This document shows positions 55,901-64,000 of a stretch of 64,000 bases of DNA, one piece after another. The first letter of the stretch is position 1; each line of letters begins with the position of its first letter. Origin of the DNA: Macrostomum lignano (Eukaryota); the NCBI GenBank assembly GCA_002269645.1, contig NIVC01001068.1, positions 124,001 to 188,000 on the forward strand. Direction: 5' to 3'. The notes beneath the pieces are model-generated. The model saw only the letters and a list, made by a program, of their open reading frames with translations. It made no database searches and had not been told where the DNA came from. A program made the translations under genes and the position numbers.

Positions 55901-58805
55901 CTGCCTGCACCATGTACATTGGGAGTGACCAGATTGACTGGATTCTGCACCATGTACATTGGGAGTGACCAGATTGACTGGATTCTGCACCATGTACATT
56001 GGGAGTGACCAGATTGACTGGATTCTGCACCATGTACATTGGGAGTGACCAGATTGACTGGATTCTGCACCATGTACATTGGGAGTGACCAGAATGACTG
56101 GATTCTGCACCATGTACATTGGGAGTGACCAGATTGACTGGATTCTGCACCATGTACATTGGGAGTGACCAGAATGACTGGATTCTGCACCATGTACATT
56201 GGGAGTGACCAGATTGACTGGATTCTGCACCATGTACATTGGGAGTGACCAGAATGACTGGATTCTGCACCATGTACATTGGGAGTGACCAGATTGACTG
56301 GATTCTGCACCATGTACATTGGGAGTGACCAGATTGACTGGATTCTGCACCATGTACATTGGGAGTGACCAGATTAATTCAAAAGACCATCACTCGCTAA
56401 TGTAGGAGACCATTAATCGTTAATATAACGAACCATTAACAATTTATTTAACAAACAACTACTCGTTGATTCAAAAGGCAATTAATCGTTAATTTTAAGG
56501 AGCCAATAATAGTTAATTTAACGGACTATTATTCGTAATTTAATTATTGTTAACCAATTATCGTCAAGTTAAGGGCCAATTAATCGTTAACTTCTAAGAG
56601 ACCATTAATCGTTAATTAATGAGACCATTAATCAAAAATTTAAGGGACAATTATTTATTAATTAAAAGACAATCCATCATTAATTTAGGAGACTATTATT
56701 TATTAATTTAAGGCCCATTAATCGTTTATGTAAGGGACCATTATTCGTTAATTTAAGGGCTTACTAATATTTAATTTAAGGGACCATTAATCTTTAATTT
56801 AAGAGACCATCATTAGGTAATTTAAGAGACCATCATTCGGTAATTTAAGAGACCATCATTCGGTAATTGAAAGGACCATTAATCTTTAATTTAAGAGACC
56901 ATTTATCGTTAACTTAAGAGACCATCATTCGGTAATTTAAGAGACTATTTATCGTTAATTTAAGAGACCATCATTCGGTAATTTAAGAGACCATTAATCG
57001 GTAATTTAAGAGACCATTATTCGGTAATTTAAGAGACCATTAAACGGTAATTTAAGAGACCATTAATCGTTAATTTAAGAGACCATTAATCTTTAATTTA
57101 AGAGACCATCATTCGGTAATTTAAGAGACCATCATTCGGTAATTTAAGAGACCATCATTCGGTAATTTAAGAGACCATCATTCGGTAATTTAAGAGACCA
57201 TCATTCGGTAATTTAAGAGACCATCATTCGGTAATTTAAGAGACCATTAATTGGTAATTCAAGGCAATACACCGTAGACGACGAACACCTTCAGCTTACA
57301 TCTTCAACGGCAGCCAAAAATTTGTGCCTCCCAGCTGCCCCGGCAGTCTTAGCCGCCTCATCATATGGAAACAACAGCAGCCGATCAACCGCCCAGCGCC
57401 GCACTGCTAAACAATCGTGTCGACTCGCCCGACGCAGCAGGCACGCCAGCCAGGAATAGTCCAACCCAGTCGCCGTTGCGCTGGCGGCTACCACGGCTGA
57501 TTGGAGTCGATGATATCCGGCAAGTCCCGGCCGAATCAGGTGCAACTGGCGCTCCTCAAGGATGTCGCACAGTTGTAGATAGATTGGCCAGTAACTGTCG
57601 ATATTGTCGGCGGTAGCAGCGGAAGCGACACCGGAAGTGGCGTTATTAGAAGCGATACCAGAAGTAGAGTTACCAGAAGCGACACCGGAACTGCCAGTAT
57701 TAGAAGCAAGACCGGAAGTGGCGTTATTATAAGGGACACCGGAAGTGCCAGTATTAAAAGCCAGACCGGAAGTGGCATTATTAGAAGGGACACCGGAAGT
57801 GCCAGTATTAAAAGCCAGACCGGAAGTGGCATTATTAGAAGCGACGCCGGAAGTGCAAGTATTAGAAGCCAGATCGGAAGTGCGAGTATTAGAAGCCAGA
57901 CCGGAAGTGCCAGTATTAGAAGCCAGACCGGAAGTGGCGTTATCAGAAGCAACATCGGAGATGGCATTATCGGAAGCGATCCCGGAAGTGGCACAATTTG
58001 AAGCGGAACTAATCGTCGAGCCAAACCGACGCAACAAATACAGAGCTCGTTTCCTAGAAGCGGCATTATCCCCGGCAATGGCCGATCGAGCCAGTCCGCT
58101 AAGCAGCTCAGCAACCTCCCGACCGTCTTGGCTGCTATTCAATGCTAACTCGACAGACTCCGGCAGGCAGCAGACAGCTCGAAGCGTCAGATTTGAATCG
58201 TCAACTATCGATGCCACCTCTTCGACTGCGTCTAGGGCAACTTTATCCAGCCGACTAAGACGGGCCGCCAGGCCGCAAAGACAGCCTTCGAGAGCGGCGG
58301 CGGCGTCGGAACCAGCCGGCGCAACGGCGGCAAACAGCCGCGGCAGTTGAAGCACTTCAAGGCAGATCCTGGAAAACTCTGCCGGTTCAATCTCTCTACT
58401 AATACTACCGACATCTGGTCGACGACGGTACATCGCCGACAATCTGGCGCAGTCGAATTCCGACAACGAACCGACTGCGATCGCCCTAGCAACCAGGCCG
58501 ACTATCATGGATTCCAGTTCGGCTGAGTCGGCTAGCGATACCAGCAGGTTGAACAGCTTCAAACGGATGTCATTGTCGTCATCTACTAGAAGAAGACGAT
58601 CTGACCCGTTGATTTCCAGCAGATCGGCACACGAGGCCGATCGAGCGTCCGAGATGAGGCTGGGAATCTGGTCGGCGGGCTGATCGGCCGCCAGCCTGAG
58701 CAGAGTCTGCGTGTCCAGCCAAGCCAGGCTGTTGCTGGAGATTAACTGGCCGAGCAGCACTGATGATGAGGCCGCAGCCTGGGAGATCGCCGGTTGTTGC
58801 TGCAT
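31213..58805 (-). CDS. TARBP1: tRNA (guanosine-18 2'-O)-methyltransferase TARBP1/Trm3, 13 exons, ~1650 aa
   Basis: Exons 58805-57300, 55866-55686, 49550-49206, 48247-47889, 46936-46811, 45730-45642, 41413-40969, 40134-39875, 39300-39072, 38231-38040, 34329-34095, 32869-32419, 31756-31213. All phases are consistent (4962 nt). C-terminal SpoU/SPOUT domain ([51 protein letters not shown]). Mid-protein [10 protein letters not shown] and [10 protein letters not shown] match recalled TARBP1. Some internal acceptors are tentative. Confidence 0.88.
32898..33975. repeat. 22-bp minisatellite (cactgtaggataatctctccct), TARBP1 intron 11
   Basis: Direct reading. Confidence 0.93.
34343..36350. repeat. 26-bp minisatellite (ctgatggggaattgttcactgtgtag), ~77 units, TARBP1 intron 10
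   Basis: Direct reading; starts ~15 nt from the acceptor. Confidence 0.96.
36355..36748. repeat. 24-bp minisatellite (ctagctgataggggaattcaatcc), related to the adjacent 26-mer
   Basis: Shares tagctgat-ggggaatt with the neighbouring array. Confidence 0.92.
37600..37930. repeat. Pyrimidine-rich degenerate repeat (ccttcatttctccct)
   Basis: Direct reading. Confidence 0.75.
38330..39060. repeat. Interrupted (GACA)n microsatellite, TARBP1 intron 9
   Basis: Direct reading. Confidence 0.93.
39440..39770. repeat. 24-bp purine-rich minisatellite (agagggtaaagagagggcagggga), TARBP1 intron 8
   Basis: Direct reading. Confidence 0.92.
40180..40865. repeat. ~26-30-bp minisatellite (ccctccctgatgcttcagaggtgctgc), TARBP1 intron 7
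   Basis: Direct reading. Confidence 0.92.
41450..41923. repeat. G-rich minisatellite (ggtggaggcgattcctaaatgtgg), left of the PLE
   Basis: Direct reading. Confidence 0.9.
41924..43850 (+). mobile_element. Decayed Penelope-like retroelement (RT remnant plus GIY-YIG endonuclease)
   Basis: Fragments [34 protein letters not shown] (RT start), KNIRFT...LPFLDI (RT end), [12 protein letters not shown], and GVVYKFHC...[25 protein letters not shown]...PNLN (GIY-YIG). Stops and frameshifts are present and the RT catalytic core is deleted. An inverted copy of the 3' end lies at the 5' end. Candidate TSD gcgattcctaagg. Confidence 0.85.
43792..43831 (+). ncRNA. Minimal type I hammerhead ribozyme in the PLE terminal repeat
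   Basis: tgcc-CTGAAGA-c-gacc-gattgt-ggtc-GAAA-tgca-T-T-ggca: stem I tgcc/ggca, stem II gacc/ggtc, palindromic TGCA in place of helix III. Confidence 0.75.
43851..44550. repeat. G-rich ~25-bp minisatellite (gggcgatttcaaaaggtgagggagg), right of the PLE
   Basis: Direct reading; related to the 41450 array through ggcgatt. Confidence 0.9.
44637..45250. mobile_element. MITE with perfect 223-bp terminal inverted arms (Tc1/mariner-like, TA ends)
   Basis: 44637-44859 is the exact reverse complement of 45028-45250 by eye, with a 168-bp spacer. Ends ta-tactgtccgtcaaaagttccggaac resemble mariner ITRs (recalled). Confidence 0.8.
46053..46790. repeat. 46-bp minisatellite (cccagtgtcctgaatctaaaatacccttagactgcatctgacatac), TARBP1 intron 5
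   Basis: Direct reading. Confidence 0.94.
47040..47860. repeat. 28-bp minisatellite (ggatctgggaggctggcccagcaactga), TARBP1 intron 4
   Basis: Direct reading. Confidence 0.94.
48340..49075. repeat. 29-bp purine-rich minisatellite (gagcggagggagagggtggataagagggg), TARBP1 intron 3
   Basis: Direct reading. Confidence 0.94.
49555..50030. repeat. Interrupted (TCTG)n/(TCTA)n microsatellite, TARBP1 intron 2
   Basis: Direct reading. Confidence 0.93.
50653..51039 (-). repeat. 3' LTR (387 bp)
   Basis: Matches the 54909-55296 copy except for one A in a homopolymer, by eye. Confidence 0.93.
51037..54534 (-). CDS. pol: Gag C-terminus plus Pol (zinc knuckles, protease, RT, RNase H, integrase)
   Basis: CYYCGTTH...C and [14 protein letters not shown] knuckles; IDTGA protease; YQDD RT; TDAS...YSNIEREAL RNase H; HNDSH...CPTC, HMD, SDN, SNGLAER integrase, in Gypsy order. 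Confidence 0.93.
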   Translation of the reverse strand: MRIRGTGAKQSKENDLIAMRLIDGLASPEHKKRILEQLQGEEKLLDDILQNLQQLEQIQQYNKGTTNSASSGAPVPLEIAFAGQPRTTGAAAKSPGAAGKGRCYYCGTTHPKGSCPAFGQRCTKCKRKNHFAAVCRSREVHLTQGESTGDHENQDQGPADIFVVTPGRSNGVFHEAKINGQTLPMQIDTGAEVSLLPQNLWVKLGRPSLRKCRRTLRQYDGSSISCLGEFTASLETDTNFVTLDLIVTEASKPHGLLGMDVIKLQGDAITINAVGQLGCLKNFKAKIRLVDGAKPFYCAARPVPIHLRDRVNEELRRMEAEQIIEPVPAGGSQWASPIVSVLKPNGKVRVCADFKAGVNHQVCNDTYPMPEMETIFAETSGMSHFSKIDLSDAYLQIKLDEDSREITTIATPLGLYRYKRLVPGLKSASSIFQKAMESVLADITGKIVYQDDILLGGKSDSEIDSKVQNVIATLKKAGMSINLEKSTLKAREVSFLGYRVSERGISPDPNLVDRIRAVKTPGDKKQLESFLGLANFFGRFIRNYSQIIEPLNRLRTKNARFSWGPDQTQAFERIKAILSSAPVLQPYDKTKETTLTTDASERAIAAVLTQNGHPVIYLSRRLSSTESRYSNIEREALAIVWAMERAKQFLLGARFTLRTDHRPLEFLFGARRQLPKVANARLLRWAIKLMAFDFDTIYTKGEHIPHADALSRLECDGELSESEPAALEGLVHWAGSPVIPWVELQAETQRDRLLQDIAERVASSRWSGCSPAERPYKSVRHALVIDDGILCYGDRPVIPATLRQRVLDQVHNDSHQGAMATRALFRNSAWWPGYCTDVERHVRNCPTCTRIRPSGTPTVHQWPKEDEPWHRVHMDHATIPKVGLVLILVDAMSGWPEVLRVPNRDAATVKAALQSVFARNGVPHVLVSDNAAEYHDAGLLSWLERIGCRALKTPPRHPQSNGLAERMVGSIKRASAAWDQASEPYDSFLFRLLLNYRCIPHAGRAQSPAQLMGRQLRNPITMKTPIRANIWYAPGAGLEREPAEFLCQKGTNTAIIARQGGRTVLAHADQLSERIEAGADDPATSRATDEYTMLPQTSCQGDVSSSGSDTAAAAAEDGEITGLQGGEATELHRPQPTAGLSPVKLPRYPVRSTRGLPPARFEGGR
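54477..54908 (-). CDS. gag: Gag N-terminus, out of frame with the downstream gag-pol by one base
   Basis: MASQAGE...[33 protein letters not shown] is a typical Mag-type gag segment. The frame break is at tggggcc near 54511-54517. Confidence 0.8.
   Translation of the reverse strand: MASQAGEIRSQELNLNDPELAEAWMQQLSATARIKKLTDTDEARDKTDLFLSKAGLQAIRTLSLMAAPKKLEALKFSEIETLVTATIRPKKRLVIAERTRFLSLKQEPGESISTYYRRLRAAAALCEFEELGPSSPRKTTSSR
54909..55296 (-). repeat. 5' LTR (388 bp)
   Basis: See the paired LTR. Confidence 0.93.
55297..55605. repeat. ~22-bp TTAGGG-containing minisatellite (ggattagggtggctattagggat)
   Basis: Direct reading; begins at the Gypsy TSD. Confidence 0.85.
55897..56376. repeat. 40-bp minisatellite (ggattctgcaccatgtacattgggagtgaccagattgact) x~12, TARBP1 intron 1
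   Basis: Direct reading. Confidence 0.95.
56380..57262. repeat. AT-rich ~23-bp degenerate minisatellite (aatttaagagaccatcattcggt), TARBP1 intron 1
   Basis: Direct reading; more homogeneous toward 57260. Confidence 0.85.
57600..57985 (-). repeat. In-frame 27-bp coding repeat in TARBP1 exon 1 (TSG[LV]ASN[TN][GA])
   Basis: ccggaagtg...tattagaagc units inside an uninterrupted ORF. Confidence 0.8.
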
Positions 58806-58944
58806 GAATTAGCGGAGAGATTTCTGGAAAACTGTAGCTATTGAAAATTTTAAACAAAAATCTAGTCCAACCCGTCAGTTGGCATTCTCAATCGCTTAGG
58901 AGACTTACTCTCTACCTCCAGAAACCTTGCCATTTAACTTAAGC

Positions 58945-59352
58945 CTTACTCTCTCCCTCAAGAAGCCTTACTCTCTCCCTCAAGAAGCCTTACTCTCTCC
59001 CTCAAGAAGCCTTACTCTCTCCCTCAATATGCCTTACTCTCTCCCTCAATATGCCTTACTCTCTCCCTCAAGAAGCCTTACTCTCTCCCTCAAGAAGCCT
59101 TACTCTCTCCCTCAAGAAGCTTTACTCTCTCCCTCAAGAAGCCTTACTCTCTCCCTCAAGAAGCCTTACTCTCTCCCTCAATATGCCTTACTCTCTCCCT
59201 CAATATGCCTTACTCTCTCCCTCAAGAAGCCTTACTCTCTCCCTCAAGAAGCCTTACTCTCTCCCTCAATATGCCTTACTCTCTCCCTCAATATGCCTTA
59301 CTCTCTCCCTCAAGAAGCCTTACTCTCTCCCTCAAGAAGCTTTACTCTCTCA
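58945..59352. repeat. 22-bp minisatellite (ccttactctctccctcaagaag) between SF3A1 and TARBP1
   Basis: Direct reading. Confidence 0.93.
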
Positions 59353-61063
59353 CACTAAGGAGGCTAAGGAGTCTCCTCCTTCAAGTGTGACTTGTCGACG
59401 TTTGAACCGACACTTAAAACATGAAACACGCACAAAATCTATTTACATAACACATGATGCATAGTAATAATTACTAGAACTGGGTTGAACGAGATTAAGA
59501 CTAATATGGGAAAATGTTGTCCACGAACGAAACTAACGATCAGATTAGGGTAGGGAAAAATTAATTCATGAAAATTAATTACCGAGTGCGTCAGGTAAAT
59601 CAACCTTGAAAGCAGATGGATCGGAATATGGTAATCTTTGTGTCATTGCGAATTAAGTAAGTAATTAAGCACTTAGGCACAGACGCTTGCCAGTAGTGTA
59701 TCTGCCCTCTACATTTGACAAATGAACGATTCCTAATTAAAAAACTGGCTAGCTTTTTCAGTTACCAGAGAAAGAGGCTTTTACCCTCTGTGGAGAGCAT
59801 TTTTGACTTACTGAGGGGACTTTTTGAGGGGAGAATTTTCCTGTTGCTAAGAGGAAATTTTCCACTTTCTGAGGGGAGAATTTTCCTGTTGCTAAGAGGG
59901 ATTCTTTCACTTTCTGAGGTGGGATTTCTACTTGCTGAGAGGAATTTCGCACTCGCTGAAGGGAGAATTTTCCGCTTTCTAGAGGGGGGATTTCTTACTT
60001 GTTGAGGGGAGAATTTTCCACTTGCTGAAAAGAGAATTTTTCCCTCCATGATTGAAAAATCGCAAACCTCACTTGCTGAGGTGGAAAATCTTGCGTTTAA
60101 ACGGAGGGAATTTTTTATCACTATTAGGCTTACCGTTTGGCAGTACTCTACCTGTACTCTTCCCCAGCTACCAACTAACAAGAATTTACACTGCTTTACA
60201 CTGCCATTGAAATTAAACTGACAAAATAAGAATAAGATCCAATCCCACATTTTAATTGTACTCATTACACGTGGCATAATACAGCAGAAACTTAATAACT
60301 TCAAAGCTGCTGTACCTGCAATAGAGAAGCAAATGTTTTTTTTTATTTTTAAACAGTTTCCGATGATTAGACAATGCATACATACATCGGATTCAGAATT
60401 AAACAAAAGAGAGAATAATTGCTAAACAAGTATAGTTGACGATATTACGTCTACCTTTTGAAAGTTACTCTCAAATTGGATAAAATGTTTTAAAACCTTG
60501 GATAAATTTAATAAGTTTACTTTTACTTTATTGCTACCTTGAATGACTCAAAATATACAAGTTTATTGGTTTAAACATTGAGTCGGGTCAGGACTTTCGC
60601 TTTTACAGACCCGAAAAGAGCCGTTTTCCGACACTTCAAGCATATTTATCTTTTAAACAATGTTTAAAAAATTTTCTTAACAGTTTTAATTCAATAAGCC
60701 CTTTAAATGGGCCCTTTTACAACTGTTATGCTTATCTTTTTTAGCCCTAAAAGGGCCTTTTACATTTGTTTCTCACTAGCCCTTAAAAGGGCCGTTTTAC
60801 AACTATTACGGTTGTCTTTCTACTACTCTTTAAAAGGGCCGTTTCACTTAAAAGGGCCGTTTCACGACTTTTGTGCTTGTCGTTATATTAGCTACAAAGA
60901 AGGGCGATTTACATCTGTTTTGTTTGTCTTTTTATTAACTCTTAAATGGCCGTTTCCCCCCAAAAACAAAGTTATTTAAATTAAACTAAGCTAAGCGGAA
61001 CAGCTTATAAAAACGAGTTCAGTGAGAGAAAAGAGAATAAATCCTTAGTCATTAATAAACTTG

Positions 61064-64000
61064 TTACTTCTTTCTACCGCCGCGCTCCTTCAACTGCAGC
61101 GAGACAGGCGTCTGGGCTGTAACATTATAATAAGCCAACGAGTTCGCGTCCTTCATAAACAGACCGTCGATGCTGAGTTTCTGTTTAGCCACCGGCAGCT
61201 TGCAGGCGTCGGCTATGGCCGATTTCAAGCTGGCTACAGAAGAGGTGAGCGGCAGGCTGAGGGTGAGGGTCTGCCCGGTCAGGCCCAGCTCCGGCCGGTC
61301 CGGATGGCTCGGAGCCGCCACCCGGACCGTGGCGGCGCCCTGCGGCTGGGTGCGCAGAAACGCATCCTCGGGCATCAGGTCCGCCTCGGTGCGAGCTCGC
61401 TTAGCCGGCGGCTCGTCCGACGCTGCCGCCGACGAAGCCGTCGTGGTGGCCGACGCCGTCGACACGAAAACGGCAACCGGCGGCAGCAGCGCCGACTGCG
61501 GCGGAGCTCCGCCCGGCGGCAGGAGGCCGCCAGCAAAATGATGGCTCCCAGCGCCAATGCCGGGCGGATGCTGAGGAGGCTGCAACATCATCAGGGGCCG
61601 GCCGATGCCAGGCGGCTGAAACGGCTGCTGTTGAGTGAAGTGAGGAGCGTGAGGATGAGGATGAAGATGCTGAGGCGGCGCCGGCGGATGCAGCGGCTGG
61701 GCCGGCATAGCGATGGGCCTTGGCGCCGGAGGCTGCTGCAGCGGCTGCGTCGATACAGCCTTCCCGATGGGCACCTGCGAAGGAGGCGGCGGCGGCGGCG
61801 GCTGCGAACTAGCCGAAGAAGTTGTCGAAGAGGCAGCAGAGGAAGCTGCGGCAGTAGATGAAGTTGCTGCTGTAGCAGACGCGGCAGCGGTGGAAGCGGC
61901 GGAGGCCGTCGAAGTGGCCGATTGGGAATCCTCAGTCTGGTCATCGCTCACTGGCTGGATCTTCCGCCCGATCAGCGTCTCCTCCTGGCCAACGCCGAAG
62001 ATGTCCGTGCGGCGCTCGGCGAGCTGCTTGAGCGTGTCATCCACGGCGACACCGACGCCCGGCGTGTAGACGGCGTCGCCTTTGGCTCGCTCGGCGGCCT
62101 CGCGATCGCGCTGCTCCCGCCACTGCCGATTGAGCAGGCCGATGTGCACGTGCTTGCCGACCTCGGAGTCCGGTATGCGCTCCCCGGTGATTGGCGACAC
62201 CAGGTAGTGCGAGCTGGACGCGTCCTTCGGCCGGCCGGACGGATTGGCTTTGGGATCGTAGTTGCGCACGACCACGGGAGCCTGGCCGGGGATTGGGCCG
62301 GCCGACGCCGCAGGCGCCGGCGGTGGTGGCGGCGGCGGCGGCGGAGGCGGCGGTGGCATAGCGGCCGAGTTCTTAGTTGCCGGCTCCTTCGGCGTACCAC
62401 CGGCCGCGTCTTCCCCGACTTCCCCGGCGGCGGCAGTTTCGTCCGAGTCGTCGCGATCGAGATCAACGTCCGGCTGCTGAGTCTCGCCATCCGCAGACGG
62501 CGGCTGCTTCTGCTGTTGCGCCTGCGGCACAGTGATGTCCACGCCGCGTTTCTCTAACAGCATCCGCTTGCCGACCTCCTCTGGCGTTGTCGGCGGAGGG
62601 AAATTTCCGGTTTCGTGCGGCTGCAATGTGGAATGCGTAGGGCGGTGGGGATTTTAATTCGCTTCATTATATTCTAATCTCTCCTCCGTCCCAGTCCTTG
62701 TATTAGTCTCGTCTCGACTATACTTGAAGCATGGCCTCTGAAGCATAATCTCCATTACCTCTACCCTAATCTCCACTCCCTCTACTCTAATACCCTAATC
62801 TCCACTCCCTCTACTCTAATACCCTAATCTCCACTCCCTCTACTCTAATACCCTAATCTCCAATCCCTCTACTCTAACACCCTAATCTCCACTCCCTCTA
62901 CTCTAATACCCTAATCTCCAATCCCTCTACTCTAATACCCTAATCTCCACTCCCTCTACTCTAATACCCTAATCTCCACTCCCTCTACTCTAATACCCTA
63001 ATCTCCAATCCCTCTACTCTAATACCCTAATATCCACTCCCTCTACTCTAATACCCTAATCTCCAATCCCTCTACCCTAATACCCTAATCTCCACTTCCT
63101 CTACTCTAATACCCTAATCTCCATTCCCTCTACTCTAATACCCTAATCTCCACTCCCTCTACTCTAATACCCTAATCTCCACTCCCTCTACTCTAATACC
63201 CTAATCTCCACTCCCTCTACTCTAATACCTTAATCTCCATTCCCTCTACTCTAATACTCTAATACCCTAATCTCCACTCCCTCCACTTTAATACCCTAAT
63301 ACCCTAATCTCTGAGCCCTAAGCCAAGAACAGATTCAATAAGCCGCCTGTTCACCTGGAAATCCACCGATTCCACGATAACAAAATCGTGCCAGTCAATC
63401 TGCGCGTAGGCCAGCCGCTCCCGTTCGATAGCCTCCTGCTCGAGTCTCTTCTCCCTGTCCTGCCACCGCTCCCAGTCCAGACGGTACTTGGCCTGCTTGA
63501 GCACCTCCTCCGAGCTGACAGCGTCTTTAGCCAATTTTGACAGCAAATCTTTTGGCGGAATGAGCACTTTAGTGTACTGCTCAACTAGCTTAGTGAAATA
63601 TGAGAACAGCGAGTGCTGCGGGCGTAAAAAATCAAACTGTGGATTTCTCTGCTCTCTGAGCATCAATTGAGTCAGGAACTGCCGGCCATTTCTAGCTACA
63701 AACTGGGCAGCGATCCGAACAATATCCAATTCCATAGCATTGATGCTGGTTGGCTCGGCCGAGAATTCGAACTCAGGCGGCGGCTCTTTCGGTTGGAACT
63801 GTTCGGCTAGCTTCTTCTGCACGTCAGCTTCGGCGCCAGGCGCCCGGGCGGCGCTAGGCGCGGAAACTTTCAGCGCGTCGGATTCTTGCGCGCGACCCTC
63901 GGAAAAATCGGTGACCTTCTGCCTATAGTAGGCGTGATACGGATCCGACGGATTTAGAAAATTAAATTTCGCATTAGAGATTTCGTTCTGCCGAATACGG
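61064..64000 (-). CDS. SF3A1: Splicing factor 3A subunit 1 (SAP114/Prp21), 5' partial
   Basis: Exons >64000-63355 and 62620-61064. SURP1 end KFNFLNPSDPYHAYY; SURP2 LDIVRIAAQFVARNG...FDFLRPQHSLFSYF; AYAQIDWHDFVIVE|PHETGNFPPP; YLVSPITGE; LKQLAERRTDIFG; C-terminal UBL ending SLAYYN...KERGGRKK. Confidence 0.96.
62757..63310. repeat. 29-bp minisatellite (ctctaataccctaatctccactccctcta), SF3A1 intron
   Basis: Direct reading. Confidence 0.93.

Noticed and set aside
55897-56376. 40-bp and other regular repeats as CRISPR-like arrays
   Set aside because: Head-to-tail units without unique spacers, no cas genes, eukaryotic context.
61061-62557. Antisense ORFs over SF3A1 (and over Dab, LRR, TARBP1 and pol)
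   Set aside because: Shadow ORFs of GC-rich coding sequence.
62757-63310. Interstitial telomere (CCCTAA; also TTAGGG at 55297-55605)
   Set aside because: Only isolated hexamers within longer monomers, no tandem (TTAGGG)n.

Overview
Animal (invertebrate) genomic DNA. GC-rich exons are separated by AT-rich introns packed with micro- and minisatellites. The style resembles Macrostomum-type flatworm assemblies, but that is inference only. Six intron-containing genes were hand-spliced with GT-AG boundaries and consistent phases: CATIP (+, 8 exons), a class A GPCR (+, 5' end uncertain), a Disabled/Dab-like PTB adaptor (-), a TIR-less LRR single-pass receptor (+), TARBP1/Trm3 (-, 13 exons over 27.6 kb) and the 3' part of SF3A1 (-, runs off the window end). 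Mobile DNA: a very young Mag-like Ty3/Gypsy LTR element (5-bp TSD, near-identical LTRs), a decayed Penelope-like element carrying a minimal hammerhead ribozyme, a CCCAGTG-ended (CMC/EnSpm-like) element with a nested hAT MITE, a mariner-like MITE with perfect 223-bp inverted arms, and tRNA-derived SINEs. About 30 tandem-repeat arrays explain most of the low-complexity ORFs in the track. No CRISPR, rRNA or true tRNA gene was seen. I see no clearly new multi-gene system. The best leads are the PLE ribozyme, the tyrosine-motif-rich LRR receptor, an exonic RFX X-box, the nested transposons and the one-satellite-per-intron architecture. Gene names come from recalled homologue motifs, not from database searches. 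Repeat coordinates are approximate.
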